Below, in pieces: positions 47,821-57,923 of a stretch of DNA of 64,000 bases. The notes beneath the pieces are model-generated. The model had not been told where the DNA came from, searched no databases, and was given only the letters and a program-made list of their open reading frames with translations. Made by a program: the position numbers and the translations under genes. This stretch comes from Vicinamibacteria bacterium (GTDB taxonomy: Bacteria > Acidobacteriota > Vicinamibacteria > Marinacidobacterales > Marinacidobacteraceae), in NCBI GenBank assembly GCA_963555995.3, contig OY821641.1, positions 2,560,001-2,624,000 on the forward strand, read 5' to 3'. How positions within the stretch are numbered: the stretch's first letter is position 1; each line of letters opens with the position of its first letter.

Positions 47821-48663
47821 GTGAAGAAGCAACTTGGGTACAGCGAGTTCTCCTTCGGGTACGCCTTCACGGAGAACTTGGTGCGGTCGTCGGCGGCGGG
47901 TCCGCCGGCCGCACCGCGTTTTCCAAACCTGCAAGAGGAGGGACAGCTTGGCTATGACGTGCAGTTGACGGCGGGAGGAGTTCCGTTGTTCCTGCAGTTC
48001 AAGCTGCCGGAACGGATGGTGCGCACGACGGCGGCCGAGATTTCGAAGTACGGCCTCAATCGGAGTGGTCTGTCAACACCGTTCTTTCGGTTGTATCTGA
48101 TGAAGAGGAACGTGTCCCGGCAGCACGAGCTGCTGATCGAAATAGAACAGAAGGAGCCTGGAAGCGTCTTCTACGCAATGCCCCACCTGGTTGGACCGCG
48201 AGAATTCAGCACGGCCTACGCCGCTATGGCCGTGCATCGACACTCCGTGCTGTTTTCTCCCTGTGATATCGGTCCGTTGCGAGACGATGCGCAGCACACA
48301 GTTGCGTACGACCCGAGGTCGCGCGGCGCGTGGTTTTGTTCGGAGCCGAAACTCATTGAAGCCCACGATGTCGTGTCGGTGCTTGCGGAGAGGGGCCGGG
48401 CGGCGAGTGAGCAGGTGACAGGTGGTTTGGCAGCCGTGGCGCGAGCGATTTCCGGACGGATTCTGTCGACGAGACCCGGTGAGCTTGACGACGTAGCAGC
48501 TGCGGCGCGGGAACGGCGGCGGCGCATCGTCGCGGATTCGCGGCAGCGCGACGAGGCAGAGGAAGCCGTTGAGGAGCTGTTCATCGCACGAGAGTTAGCC
48601 CGCATCGGACTAGGTGTGGAGTTGCTGATCGCGCAGCCCCGCCCTGCGACGGCGACGAGGTGA
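47821..48663 (+). CDS. Hypothetical protein, putative PD-(D/E)XK-like nuclease
   Basis: SEFSFGYAFTE...EEGQLGYDVQL....PLFLQFK resembles an E...D...QxK restriction-fold motif; GTG start at 47821 (TTG at 47809 possible). Confidence 0.6.
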   Translation: MKKQLGYSEFSFGYAFTENLVRSSAAGPPAAPRFPNLQEEGQLGYDVQLTAGGVPLFLQFKLPERMVRTTAAEISKYGLNRSGLSTPFFRLYLMKRNVSRQHELLIEIEQKEPGSVFYAMPHLVGPREFSTAYAAMAVHRHSVLFSPCDIGPLRDDAQHTVAYDPRSRGAWFCSEPKLIEAHDVVSVLAERGRAASEQVTGGLAAVARAISGRILSTRPGELDDVAAAARERRRRIVADSRQRDEAEEAVEELFIARELARIGLGVELLIAQPRPATATR

Positions 48664-48781
48664 TAGCCAGAATCCGGATCGTGCGTAATGACCTAGTGAA
48701 TCATTGCCCTAGTGATCCAGAACAGCGACCACGGGGAGGGATGCCCACCAAAGACCGGCGTTCCCAGCCCGCGCGTCAGTC

Positions 48782-50374
48782 TCAGTTCTCCAGCTCGTCC
48801 TCCCGGACCGTCGGGTAGTCGATGCCGAGCTGCTCCAGGTAGGTGTCGTAGGTGTCGGGGTCGTAGTAGAAGGGGCGCATGGCTTCGCGGAACGAATCCA
48901 TCCTGTCCTTGTTGAGGTGGATCGCCGGGGGGTCGTTGGGGCCGATGAGGGGGCTGTACTGGTGCTCGGCGGTCTGTTGGGTGAAGTAGTTCTTGGCTGC
49001 CGTGACGAGTGAGGGGTCGAGGAAGAGGTCCATCAGGGTCATGGCGATGACCCGGGCGCCGGCGGTGACGCCCTTGTGGGCGATGGGGGTCGCCATCGCG
49101 ACCGCGTTGGCCCAGTGGTGGCCCGGGCCGCCGGGGATGTTCGCGGGATAACGCATGGTGACGGTGGGGACCTTCCAGGAGATGTCCCCGATGTCGTCGG
49201 AGAAGCCGCCGAGCCGGGGCTCGGGCGCCGGGCCGCCCATCCGGCCGAGTTCCGTGGCGAGGCCGCGCTGCTCGACGCCGAGTTCGCGCTGGAGGCCCCG
49301 GGCGAGCGTCTGGTCGGCTTCGCTCCACTCGGGAAGGCCCACGCGCTCGATGTTGGCCCAGACCGCTTCCGCGACGGGCTTGTTGAAGTGGCGGGGGTAG
49401 GCGTGGCCGAGGATGCGCCATGACGCCTTGGTGGAGGTCATCGCGGCGGCCGCCTCGGCCATCGTGTTGCCGAGTTCGTAGAGCTCCTTCATGTGGGGCT
49501 GGTCGAGCTCGCGGAAGTAGTACCAGACGGAGGCGAGCTGGGGGACGACGTTGGGCTGGTCGCCGCCGTTCGAGATCACGTAGTGGGAGCGGTGCGGCAG
49601 GCGGAGGTGCTCGCGCTTGACGTTCCACGCCATGTTCATGATCTCGACCGCGTCGAGGGCGCTGCGTCCGCGCCACGGCGCGCCCGCGGAGTGGGCCGAC
49701 TCGCCCTCGAAGGTGTATTCGACGGAGACGAGGCCGCTGCCCCTGCCCTGGCCCCAGCTCACCCCGAAGTCGGAGGCGACGTGGGTGAAGATGTTGATGT
49801 CTATGTCGTCGAAGTAGCCGGCGCGGATGAACCACGCCTTGGTGGCGAGCAGTTCCTCCGCCACCCCCGGCCAGATGACGATGGTTCCGGGGATGCCCTC
49901 GCGCTCCATGACCTCCTTGGCGGCGAGCGCGCCGACGATGACGACCGCCTGGCCGGAGTTGTGGCCCTCGCCGTGGCCGGGGGCGCCCTCGACGAGCGGA
50001 TCGAAGTAGGCGACGCCGGGCTTCTGGGACGCCTTCGGGATGCCGTCAATGTCGCTGCCGAGCGCGATGACCGGGGAGCCGGAGCCCCAGCGGGCCATCC
50101 AGGCGGTGGGGATGCCGGCGATGCCTTCTTCGACCTCGAAGCCGTGGTCGCGGAGGACGCCGGTGAGGTAGCGGGAGGTCTCGACCTCCTGGAAGCCGAG
50201 CTCGCCGAAGCTGAAGACGGAGTCCACCATCACCTGCGCCAGCTTGGCGCGCTCGGCGGCACCCTGGTCGGCGACGGGGCGGAGGGTTTCGGCGTCCTGG
50301 GCGGCTGCCGGGGCGAGCGCGAGCGCGCACCAGAGGGCCGACAGGGCGGCGGATTTCGGGATGCGGGAAGACAT
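48782..50374 (-). CDS. M20 amidohydrolase (AbgB-like), exported
   Basis: ELGFQE, SDIDG, GHGEGHN, AEE, GRSALDAVE, GGDQPNVVP, SDDIGDISW; signal peptide after the start at 50374. Confidence 0.92.
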   Translation of the reverse strand: MSSRIPKSAALSALWCALALAPAAAQDAETLRPVADQGAAERAKLAQVMVDSVFSFGELGFQEVETSRYLTGVLRDHGFEVEEGIAGIPTAWMARWGSGSPVIALGSDIDGIPKASQKPGVAYFDPLVEGAPGHGEGHNSGQAVVIVGALAAKEVMEREGIPGTIVIWPGVAEELLATKAWFIRAGYFDDIDINIFTHVASDFGVSWGQGRGSGLVSVEYTFEGESAHSAGAPWRGRSALDAVEIMNMAWNVKREHLRLPHRSHYVISNGGDQPNVVPQLASVWYYFRELDQPHMKELYELGNTMAEAAAAMTSTKASWRILGHAYPRHFNKPVAEAVWANIERVGLPEWSEADQTLARGLQRELGVEQRGLATELGRMGGPAPEPRLGGFSDDIGDISWKVPTVTMRYPANIPGGPGHHWANAVAMATPIAHKGVTAGARVIAMTLMDLFLDPSLVTAAKNYFTQQTAEHQYSPLIGPNDPPAIHLNKDRMDSFREAMRPFYYDPDTYDTYLEQLGIDYPTVREDELEN

Positions 50375-50682
50375 GGGGGCGCCTCCGGTCGGGGGGTGGT
50401 GGGACGGGTTGGCGATTCTACGGGCGGGGCCGCCCCGGACTCGTGCGCCTCCGAGCGGACCGCGCGCTCCTTGAAGCGCTGATTGCGGCAGTATTCGGGG
50501 CGCTGGTTCCCGAACTCCCCCAAATGACGCTACGGCACGAAACTCTGCTGATCGGGGCCTTCCCGCCACATGGGGTAGCGGTACGCCATGAGGCCAAACA
50601 ACCACGGGAGTTTCGCTGCGCGGAGCGCAGCGGTGCCGGTCTGGAGACCGGCGTTCCAGGCCGGCGGCGCCATCACGGACCC

Positions 50683-53253
50683 GTGGGGGGCGTGCTGCTC
50701 TTCCTCCTCGCTGCGGGCGCGGCCGGCGCCGAACCGCCGGTCCAGCAGCAGGCGGAGCCGCCGGGGGAGGAGGAAGCGGAGCCGGTGGAGGGGCAGCCCG
50801 AGACCGAGCCGGGGCCGCCGCGGTTCACCGAGGAGGTGGTGGTGGTCGGGACGCGGGCCACGCCGCGCTCGATCCTCGAGTCGGCCGCCCCGATTGACGC
50901 GATCCGGCCGGAGGAGCTGTTGAGCCAGGGGCCGCCCTCGATCTACGAGCGGCTGCGCACGCTGGTCCCGTCGTTCGCGGTGAACACCCAGCCGATCAGC
51001 GACGCCTCGACGCTGGTGCGGCCAGCGATGCTGCGGAACCTGGCGCCGAACCACACCCTGGTGCTCGTGAACGGCAAGCGGCGGCACCGGTCGGCGGTGA
51101 TTGACTGGAACGGGGGGAACGGGGTCTCCTTCGGGTCGCAGGGGCCGGACCTGGCGGCCATCCCCGCCATCGCGCTGCGGCGCGTCGAGGTGCTCCGGGA
51201 CGGGGCGGCGGCGCAGTACGGCTCGGACGCGATCGCGGGGGTCATGAACTTCCTGCTGCGGGACGACCGGTCGGGCGGCGCGGTCGAGTTCCTGAGCGGC
51301 GTTCACGGGGAGGCGTGGGACGGGGAGACGTGGAACGTCGCGGGGAACGTCGGGCTGCCGCTCGGGAACGCGGGCTTCGCGAACCTGAGCCTCGAATACG
51401 GCGGCGCCGCGCCCACCGACCGGAGCGTCCGGCGGACCGACGTGGCGGAGCTGATCGCGGCCGGGAACCGGCACGTCCGGGAGCCGGCGCAGGTGTGGGG
51501 CTCGCCGGATACGGACGGCGACCTGAAGCTGTTCGGCAACTTCGGCCACCTCTTCCGGCGCGGCCTCCAGCTCTACGGACACGCCGGGTACGCGCGGCGG
51601 ACGGTGAGCGGGAGCTTCTTCTTCCGCAACCCGAACACCCGGAGCGGGGTCTTCAGCAACGACGGCGGGCGCACCCTGCTGGTCGGCGACGTGCTGGCGG
51701 CGCGCGGGACGGGTGCGGCGGGCTGCCCGGTGGTACGGGTGGTGGACAGCGTCCCGGACCCGGAACCGCTCGCGCGGGTGCTCGCCGACGAGCACTGCTT
51801 CTCGTTCCAGGAGCGGTTTCCCGGCGGGTTCACCCCCACCTTCGGCGGGACCTCGGGCGACGCGACGCTGGTCTGGGGGGTCCGCCGGCTCTTCGCCGGG
51901 GGCGTCACCTGGGACGCGAGCGTCAGCGTGGGCAACCACGAGGCGAGCTTCTTTCTCGAGGACACGGTGAACGCGTCGCTCGGGCCGGAGACCCCGACGG
52001 ATTTCGACCTCGGCAGCAACCATCAGCGCGAGATCGCCCTGAACCTGGACCTGTCGCGGCCGGTGGGGGACCGCCTCCACCTGGCGGGCGGCGCGGAGTG
52101 GCGGCACGAGCGGTACGAGACGCGCGAGGGCCAGCCGGAGTCGTGGGAGGTCGGCCCGTACGCGGCGCAGGGTTTCGGGGCCGGTTCCAACGGCTACAGC
52201 GGCTACGGCCCGGTGGCCGCCGGGCGCTGGGGCCGCGGCAGCGCCGCTGCGTACGGGGACGTCGAGCTGAGCGGCGGAGCGGGGCGCTGGCTGCTCGGCG
52301 CCGCCCTCCGCGCGGAGCGCTTCGAGGACTTCGGGAACACCGTCAACGGCAAGCTGTCGGGCCGCTACGAGGTGAGCCGCGGACTCTCGCTGCGCGCCAG
52401 CGCCGGGACCGGGTTCCGGGCGCCGACGCCCGGGCAGCAGAACTCGTTCAACGTCTCCACGAAGTTCGATCCGATCCTCCGGGACCTGACCGAGCGGGGC
52501 ACGATCCCTTCCATCTCCCCGGTGGCCGGGCTCCGCGGCGGGGGGCCGCTCGCGCCGGAGACGTCCCGGAACACCTCGCTCGGGGCGCTGGTCGAACGCG
52601 GCCGGTTCACGTTGACCGCCGATCTGTTCCGGGTGGATCTCGCCGACCGGCTCGCGGTCACCAGCGACTTCACCCTGACCCCGGAGGAGGTGGAGGGGCT
52701 CCTCGCCGCGGGGGTCGAGAGCGCCCGGGGGCTGGCGAGCTTCCGCTTCTTCACGAACGACATCGCGACCCGTTCGCAGGGGGTGGACGTCGTGGCGACG
52801 TGGGCGCCGCGGGCGCTGGGGGGCGACACGCGCCTCGGCGCCGTCCTGAACCACACCACCACCACCGTGACGGACTTCAATCCGGAGACGCTCCAGGCGG
52901 AACGCCGGGTGCGGGAGTTCGAGTCGTCGCTGCCGCGGAACCGGTGGAACGTCAGCGTGAACAGCCGCGTGGGGATCGCGGAGGTGCTGGCGCGGGTGGG
53001 CTACTACGGGGCGTGGTTCGACTGGGACAGCGCCCAGACGCTGTTCGCCGGGAAGCCGGTGGCGGACCTGGAGGTGAGCCTGCCGGTTTCGGGGCGCGCG
53101 ACGCTCGCGGTCGGCGCGCAGAACGTCTTCAACACCTTCTCCGACGAGAGCCCGAACGCCGGGGACGTGGGGGAGCGGTACAGCGAGTACACGCCGTGGG
53201 GGTTGGGCGGGGTCTTCCTCTACGCCCGGCTCCGCTACGCCTGGGAGGGGTAG
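50683..53253 (+). CDS. TonB-dependent receptor
   Basis: TonB box EEVVVVGTR, plug LVLVNGKRR...RVEVLRDGAAAQYGSDAIAGV, FRAP, C-terminal YARLRYAW; start uncertain (frame open from 50443). Confidence 0.92.
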   Translation: MGGVLLFLLAAGAAGAEPPVQQQAEPPGEEEAEPVEGQPETEPGPPRFTEEVVVVGTRATPRSILESAAPIDAIRPEELLSQGPPSIYERLRTLVPSFAVNTQPISDASTLVRPAMLRNLAPNHTLVLVNGKRRHRSAVIDWNGGNGVSFGSQGPDLAAIPAIALRRVEVLRDGAAAQYGSDAIAGVMNFLLRDDRSGGAVEFLSGVHGEAWDGETWNVAGNVGLPLGNAGFANLSLEYGGAAPTDRSVRRTDVAELIAAGNRHVREPAQVWGSPDTDGDLKLFGNFGHLFRRGLQLYGHAGYARRTVSGSFFFRNPNTRSGVFSNDGGRTLLVGDVLAARGTGAAGCPVVRVVDSVPDPEPLARVLADEHCFSFQERFPGGFTPTFGGTSGDATLVWGVRRLFAGGVTWDASVSVGNHEASFFLEDTVNASLGPETPTDFDLGSNHQREIALNLDLSRPVGDRLHLAGGAEWRHERYETREGQPESWEVGPYAAQGFGAGSNGYSGYGPVAAGRWGRGSAAAYGDVELSGGAGRWLLGAALRAERFEDFGNTVNGKLSGRYEVSRGLSLRASAGTGFRAPTPGQQNSFNVSTKFDPILRDLTERGTIPSISPVAGLRGGGPLAPETSRNTSLGALVERGRFTLTADLFRVDLADRLAVTSDFTLTPEEVEGLLAAGVESARGLASFRFFTNDIATRSQGVDVVATWAPRALGGDTRLGAVLNHTTTTVTDFNPETLQAERRVREFESSLPRNRWNVSVNSRVGIAEVLARVGYYGAWFDWDSAQTLFAGKPVADLEVSLPVSGRATLAVGAQNVFNTFSDESPNAGDVGERYSEYTPWGLGGVFLYARLRYAWEG

Positions 53254-53286
53254 TCGGGCCGGCGCGCCGGACGCCGCCGGGGGCCG

Positions 53287-54036
53287 TCAGCCGCCGCTGC
53301 GGGCTTCGGCGATGAGCTGTTTGAGACGCGCGCCGTCCACCGCGCCCGGGACCAGCGTGTTCCCGATCACGAAGGCCGGGGTCCCGTTGATTCCCAGATC
53401 GCGGGCGAGACGCTGGGTGTCCTGCAGGTAGGAAATGATCTCCGCGTCGGCCATGTCCTGCTGCAGGCGTCGCACGTCGAGCCCGGCCTGTCCCGCGATC
53501 TCCATCACCGACTCCTCGGTGAGGCGCTCGGACGCTCCCATGAGCGCCTTGTGGAGCTCCAGGTACTTCCCCTGCTTCTGCGCCGCCATGGACGCGAGCG
53601 CGGCGAAGGTCGAGACCTGGCCCAGCACCGGAAAGTCCTTCCACACGACGCGCAGGCCCGGGTCGGTCTCCAGCAGGTCCATGACCGGTTCGAGCGAGCG
53701 CTTGCAGTAGCCGCACTGGTAGTCGAAGAACTCGACGAGCGTCACGTCGCCGTCGGGGTTGCCGGAGACCGGCGACATCGGGTGGTCCACCAGCGCCACG
53801 CGGTTCTTCACCAGCGCGTCGCGCGTCCGCGCCGCCTGGTCGGCCTGCCGTCTCGCTTGGAGCGCGCGGATCGCCTCCTCGATGATCTCGGGGTGCTCGA
53901 GCAGGTACTCGCGGACGATCTCCCGCACGGCCTCCTTGTCGGGGGGCGGTTGCGGTTCGGGTTGCGCCCGGGCGGTGGTGGCGACCGTCGCGCAGAGGAG
54001 CGCCGCGGAGAGTGCGAGCGCCGTTCTGGACATCAT
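53287..54036 (-). CDS. DsbA-family oxidoreductase
   Basis: EFFDYQCGYCK, GINGTPAF, signal peptide. Confidence 0.93.
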   Translation of the reverse strand: MMSRTALALSAALLCATVATTARAQPEPQPPPDKEAVREIVREYLLEHPEIIEEAIRALQARRQADQAARTRDALVKNRVALVDHPMSPVSGNPDGDVTLVEFFDYQCGYCKRSLEPVMDLLETDPGLRVVWKDFPVLGQVSTFAALASMAAQKQGKYLELHKALMGASERLTEESVMEIAGQAGLDVRRLQQDMADAEIISYLQDTQRLARDLGINGTPAFVIGNTLVPGAVDGARLKQLIAEARSGG

Positions 54037-54204
54037 GCGGAGCCTCCCTGGACCGCTCGAGCGACGGGGCGCCGCGTTCTTCGGACCTGACGTCCCCTGA
54101 TTGGGGGGGACGGAGGGATTGTAGGTGCGCCGTGCAGCGCGCGCCTGCAGCCCTGTCGCTGCGCTCCGCGCAGCGGTGCCGGTCTGAAGACCGGCGCTCC
54201 CCTT

Positions 54205-56166
54205 TCAGTGGGATAGGCCGGGGAGTTGCTCGAGGTAGCCGACGCCGGGGAGTTCTACGTCCTTGGCGAGGAGGTAGAAGTCGAAGAAGGCTTTCATGTC
54301 GGTGAGCATCCGGATCGTGTTGTCAAAGCCCCGGACGTAGAAGTTTTCGCCTGGGTAGGCCTGGTAGCGGGCGGGCTTGTAGAGGCGCTGGAGCTCGCGG
54401 AAGAACTCGGTCATCTGCGGGGAGCCGGGATAGCGGCCCTCGCCGTGGAGCACGAAGACGGGGACCCGGGCGTCGGCGAGGTGGTAGTAGGGGGAGTTCG
54501 CGAGGTAGCGGTCCCGGTGCTCCTCGAGCCGCCCCATCTCCTTGCGGAGTTGCTGCAGGTGGCGGAACTCGCCGTCCTCGAAGAAGGTGACCCGGTCGCA
54601 GTAGCCGGACGCCGCGATCACGGCCCCGAAGATCTCGCCGCCGAAGCTCACCGCCGCGCAGGACATGAACCCGCCGTAGCTCGTTCCCGTGGTTCCGATC
54701 CGCTCCGGGTGGACGTAGGGGAGGGTGCGGAGGTACTCGGCCGCCGCCACCACGTCCGCGAAGTCGCACTTGCCCCAGCAGCCGTCGTTGGCCTCCTCGA
54801 AGGCGCGGCCGTAGCCGGAGCTGCCGCGCACGTTGGGGAGCAGGACCACGTAGCCGCGCTGGACGAAGAACTGGACGGCGGGTTCGAAGCTGTCCTCCCA
54901 CTGCGACGTGGGGCCGCCGTGGGTCCAGACGATGGCCGGGTGGCGGCCTTCCCCGTCGTCCCGCCCGGCGGCGGGCCGATAGAGGTACGAGGGGATCGTC
55001 AGCCCGTCCCCGCTCGGGAACGCCACCTTCGCGGGGGTGACCAGGCGGCGTTCGATGGCCGCCAGCGGCATCGAATCGGTCCGCCGGGACGACTTCCCCG
55101 AGGCGAGGGCGTGGACGAACAGGTCCCCGGGGCGGGTGGGCGTTTCGAGGGTGTAGGAGATGCGGTTGCCGTCGGGCGACCACTGGGGCGCTCCGATGAT
55201 CCCGGACTCGGGGGCCGCGATGACTTGCGGCTCGCCGCCGCCCGCCGGCGCGACCCGGAGCTGGTAGGTCCCCCCGTGGTTCTCGACGTACGCGAACCCG
55301 CCGCCGTCCGGGGACCAGGCGCCTTCCGTCTGGTCGGCCGCTGCCGCCGCCAGCGGCGTGGGTTCGCCGCCCGACCGGGGCACGGACCAGTAGTTGATCC
55401 ACCCGGAGCGATAGGACGGGAAGACGACCGTGGCGCCGTCCGGGGAGACGAGGGGATAGCCGAACGTGCCGCCCTCGCCGTAGTCGAAGAAGTCCTCGTC
55501 GCGGGCGATGACCCGCTCTGCGCCGCCGCCGGCCGGGACTTCGACGATGGTGTGGTCCATCCATTCCCCGTCGAGCCGGACGAACAGGACCGACGCGGAG
55601 TCGGGGCTCCAGGCGGGATAGACCTCCAGGGCGGGTCCGTCGGTCAGCCGGCGGGACTCCCCGGACGGGACCTCCACCGTCCACACGTCGTACTGCCCGT
55701 GGCGGTTGCCGGCGAACGCGATCCGGCGTCCGTCCGGCGACCAGGAAGCGCCCTTGATGAGCCGCCCGCCGTTCCCGGTGAGGCGGGACGCTTCGGCTTT
55801 CTCGAGGGACCAGAGCCAGATCTCCGGCGTGCCGCTGCGGTCCGATACCCAGGAGATCCACCGTCCGTCCGGCGACCAGCGCGGCTCGGCGGACGCGAGG
55901 AAATGACCGCTGCCGCCCGTGGAGACCGGCAGCTCGCTGACCGCGCCGCCCTCGGCGCGGAGGAGACGCGGGTTCGCGCCGCCGAGGAGGATCCGGTCGC
56001 CGTCCGGGGACCAGCGGGGCGTCTCGCCGCCCACGGATGAGGAGAGCGACAGGAGCGTCTCCACGGGGAGCGGTTCGGGCGCGTCCCGGTGCTGGGCGGC
56101 GCCGGGGGCGGCGAGGAGGGCGAGCGAGAGGGCTGACAGTGCGCTGATTCTCGTGACTGGCGGCAT
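54205..56166 (-). CDS. S9 family peptidase with PD40 beta-propeller
   Basis: Repeated WSPDG, HGGP, NVRGSSGYG, GTSYGG nucleophile. Confidence 0.93.
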   Translation of the reverse strand: MPPVTRISALSALSLALLAAPGAAQHRDAPEPLPVETLLSLSSSVGGETPRWSPDGDRILLGGANPRLLRAEGGAVSELPVSTGGSGHFLASAEPRWSPDGRWISWVSDRSGTPEIWLWSLEKAEASRLTGNGGRLIKGASWSPDGRRIAFAGNRHGQYDVWTVEVPSGESRRLTDGPALEVYPAWSPDSASVLFVRLDGEWMDHTIVEVPAGGGAERVIARDEDFFDYGEGGTFGYPLVSPDGATVVFPSYRSGWINYWSVPRSGGEPTPLAAAAADQTEGAWSPDGGGFAYVENHGGTYQLRVAPAGGGEPQVIAAPESGIIGAPQWSPDGNRISYTLETPTRPGDLFVHALASGKSSRRTDSMPLAAIERRLVTPAKVAFPSGDGLTIPSYLYRPAAGRDDGEGRHPAIVWTHGGPTSQWEDSFEPAVQFFVQRGYVVLLPNVRGSSGYGRAFEEANDGCWGKCDFADVVAAAEYLRTLPYVHPERIGTTGTSYGGFMSCAAVSFGGEIFGAVIAASGYCDRVTFFEDGEFRHLQQLRKEMGRLEEHRDRYLANSPYYHLADARVPVFVLHGEGRYPGSPQMTEFFRELQRLYKPARYQAYPGENFYVRGFDNTIRMLTDMKAFFDFYLLAKDVELPGVGYLEQLPGLSH

Positions 56167-56312
56167 GGGGAACCTCCCGTGGGCGGTACGGTGGCCGGCG
56201 ACCGATTCTACGGAGGGGGGAGGCGGTCGCGCCGTTACGGGAGAGCAGCGATGTGCGGTTTCGCGGCCCTCTCGGGCCGCGATGCCGGCCGGAGGCCGGC
56301 GCTCCGGAGAGG

Positions 56313-57323
56313 CTACCCGGCGACTTCGTCGGGGGCCGGCGGGTGGTACCCGCCGTTCACCGTCACCCCACCGTTGCCGTGACGGTAGTGGTTGCGGCCC
56401 TTGAGGATCTGGTCGGCCAAAACGATGGCGTCTTGCGTGGACAGTTGTGAAAGACCGGCGAGATGCCCGATGAACGGCCGGAGATCGCCCTCATCCGCGA
56501 TTTCCAGCATTCCGATGTAGGCCGGCCTCCGTTCCGTGCTGATGATCGGCGGGAACTCGCCGTTCCGTACGAAGACGTAGGCCATCAGCAGTCGTGACAT
56601 CCGACCGTTGCCGTCCTGGAATGGGTGGATGCGGACGAACTCGTGGTGCAACCAGGCGGCCTCGACCTCCGCCGGGAGGTTCCGGTCCGCGTGGGCGTGG
56701 TGGAACTCCAGCAAACGGTCGAGTTCGGAGCGGACCTGCTCCGGGGGGCAGTACTCGTGGACGTAGCCGTCGGGCCGCCGGGGGTTGTTCGGACGGATCT
56801 TGTAGTCGCCCTTCCGCAGCGGAATCTGGATGCGCCTGCCGGTCAGCCCCTCGATCCCGACCGCCGTGTCCTGGTGGCCGGTCAGGACCTGGTGGAGAGA
56901 CTTGAAGACGTGATGGCTGAGGGGGGTCTTGCCCGTCGCCATGTCGAAGACGGCCTCCAGCGTCTCCTCCTGGTCTTCGAGGAGGCCCCGCAAGGTCTCA
57001 TCGGAGAGGTCGCCGATGAGGCTGTGCGCCCCGCGAACTCCCGCGAAGCCCTCGGTGATGAGCTGTTCCGTGACGCCGCGGCGGAGCACGTAGAGGTTCT
57101 CGACCTGGCCGGTCTCGATGGCGAAGGCGCGCTTCCGCTCCCGGAGCCAGATGTCCATGAGGGTCCGGTCGGCCTTCCGGTCCTCGAGCTTCTGCCGCAC
57201 CTCCCGCCACTCGGTGACCAACTCCCGGTAGGCGGGCACGCCCCAGGACTCGGCCTCACGGGGGAGATCGCGTACCGGGCGCCAGACAGCGCCGACGGGC
57301 TTCGGGCCGGGAGGTTCCGCCAT
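56313..57323 (-). CDS. Fic family protein
   Basis: Intact HPFQDGNGRMSR motif. Confidence 0.92.
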   Translation of the reverse strand: MAEPPGPKPVGAVWRPVRDLPREAESWGVPAYRELVTEWREVRQKLEDRKADRTLMDIWLRERKRAFAIETGQVENLYVLRRGVTEQLITEGFAGVRGAHSLIGDLSDETLRGLLEDQEETLEAVFDMATGKTPLSHHVFKSLHQVLTGHQDTAVGIEGLTGRRIQIPLRKGDYKIRPNNPRRPDGYVHEYCPPEQVRSELDRLLEFHHAHADRNLPAEVEAAWLHHEFVRIHPFQDGNGRMSRLLMAYVFVRNGEFPPIISTERRPAYIGMLEIADEGDLRPFIGHLAGLSQLSTQDAIVLADQILKGRNHYRHGNGGVTVNGGYHPPAPDEVAG

Positions 57324-57339
57324 GACGCGTTTCCCTGTC

Positions 57340-57852
57340 CTACCCGAGCGCTTCCCGCGCTTCCCGGTCCGCTTCCCGCCGGCGGAGGGTCTCGCGGCGG
57401 TCGCGGTTGCTCTTGCCCTTCGCGAGCGCCACCTGGACCTTGATCCAGCCGTTCCGGAGGTGGATGCGGAGCGGCACGAGCGTCAGGCCGGCGGTGGTGA
57501 GCTTGCCGGCGATCCGCCGCATCTCGTCCTCGTGGAGCAGGAGCTTCCGGTTCCGCTCCGGGTTCCCCTGTTCGGGCGGCGCGTTCACGTAGGGCGCGAT
57601 GTGGCAGTTGACGAGGAAGATCTCGCCGTTCCGCTCGCGGCCGTAGGCGTCCTTGAGGTTCGCCCCGCCGGCCCGGCAGGACTTCACCTCGGCGCCGGTG
57701 AGCGCGATGCCCGCCTCGAACTGCTCGAGGACCACGAAGTTCCGCCGCGCCCTCCGGTTCTCCGCGAGCACCTGCTCGTTGCGGAAGCCTCCCCCGTGCG
57801 CTCCGGCGGAGCGCAGTCTTCTTTTCTTCCTTGCCGTCTTCTTGCGACTCAT
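57340..57852 (-). CDS. smpB: SsrA-binding protein
   Basis: NRRAR, EAGIALTGAEVKSCR, RNRKLLLH..E, GLTLVPL, ALAKGK. Confidence 0.96.
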   Translation of the reverse strand: MSRKKTARKKRRLRSAGAHGGGFRNEQVLAENRRARRNFVVLEQFEAGIALTGAEVKSCRAGGANLKDAYGRERNGEIFLVNCHIAPYVNAPPEQGNPERNRKLLLHEDEMRRIAGKLTTAGLTLVPLRIHLRNGWIKVQVALAKGKSNRDRRETLRRREADREAREALG

Positions 57853-57923
57853 GCGAACGAGTCTAGCGGGCCGATGGAACGGGCCGCCGGGACCGGCGCG
57901 TTTACCATGCGGGGCGACACCCG

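Noticed and set aside
57324-57923. tmRNA (ssrA) or tRNA near smpB, or as an island attachment site
   Set aside because: No tRNA-like ends or T-loop motif recognised here or at the island borders; no integrase seen.
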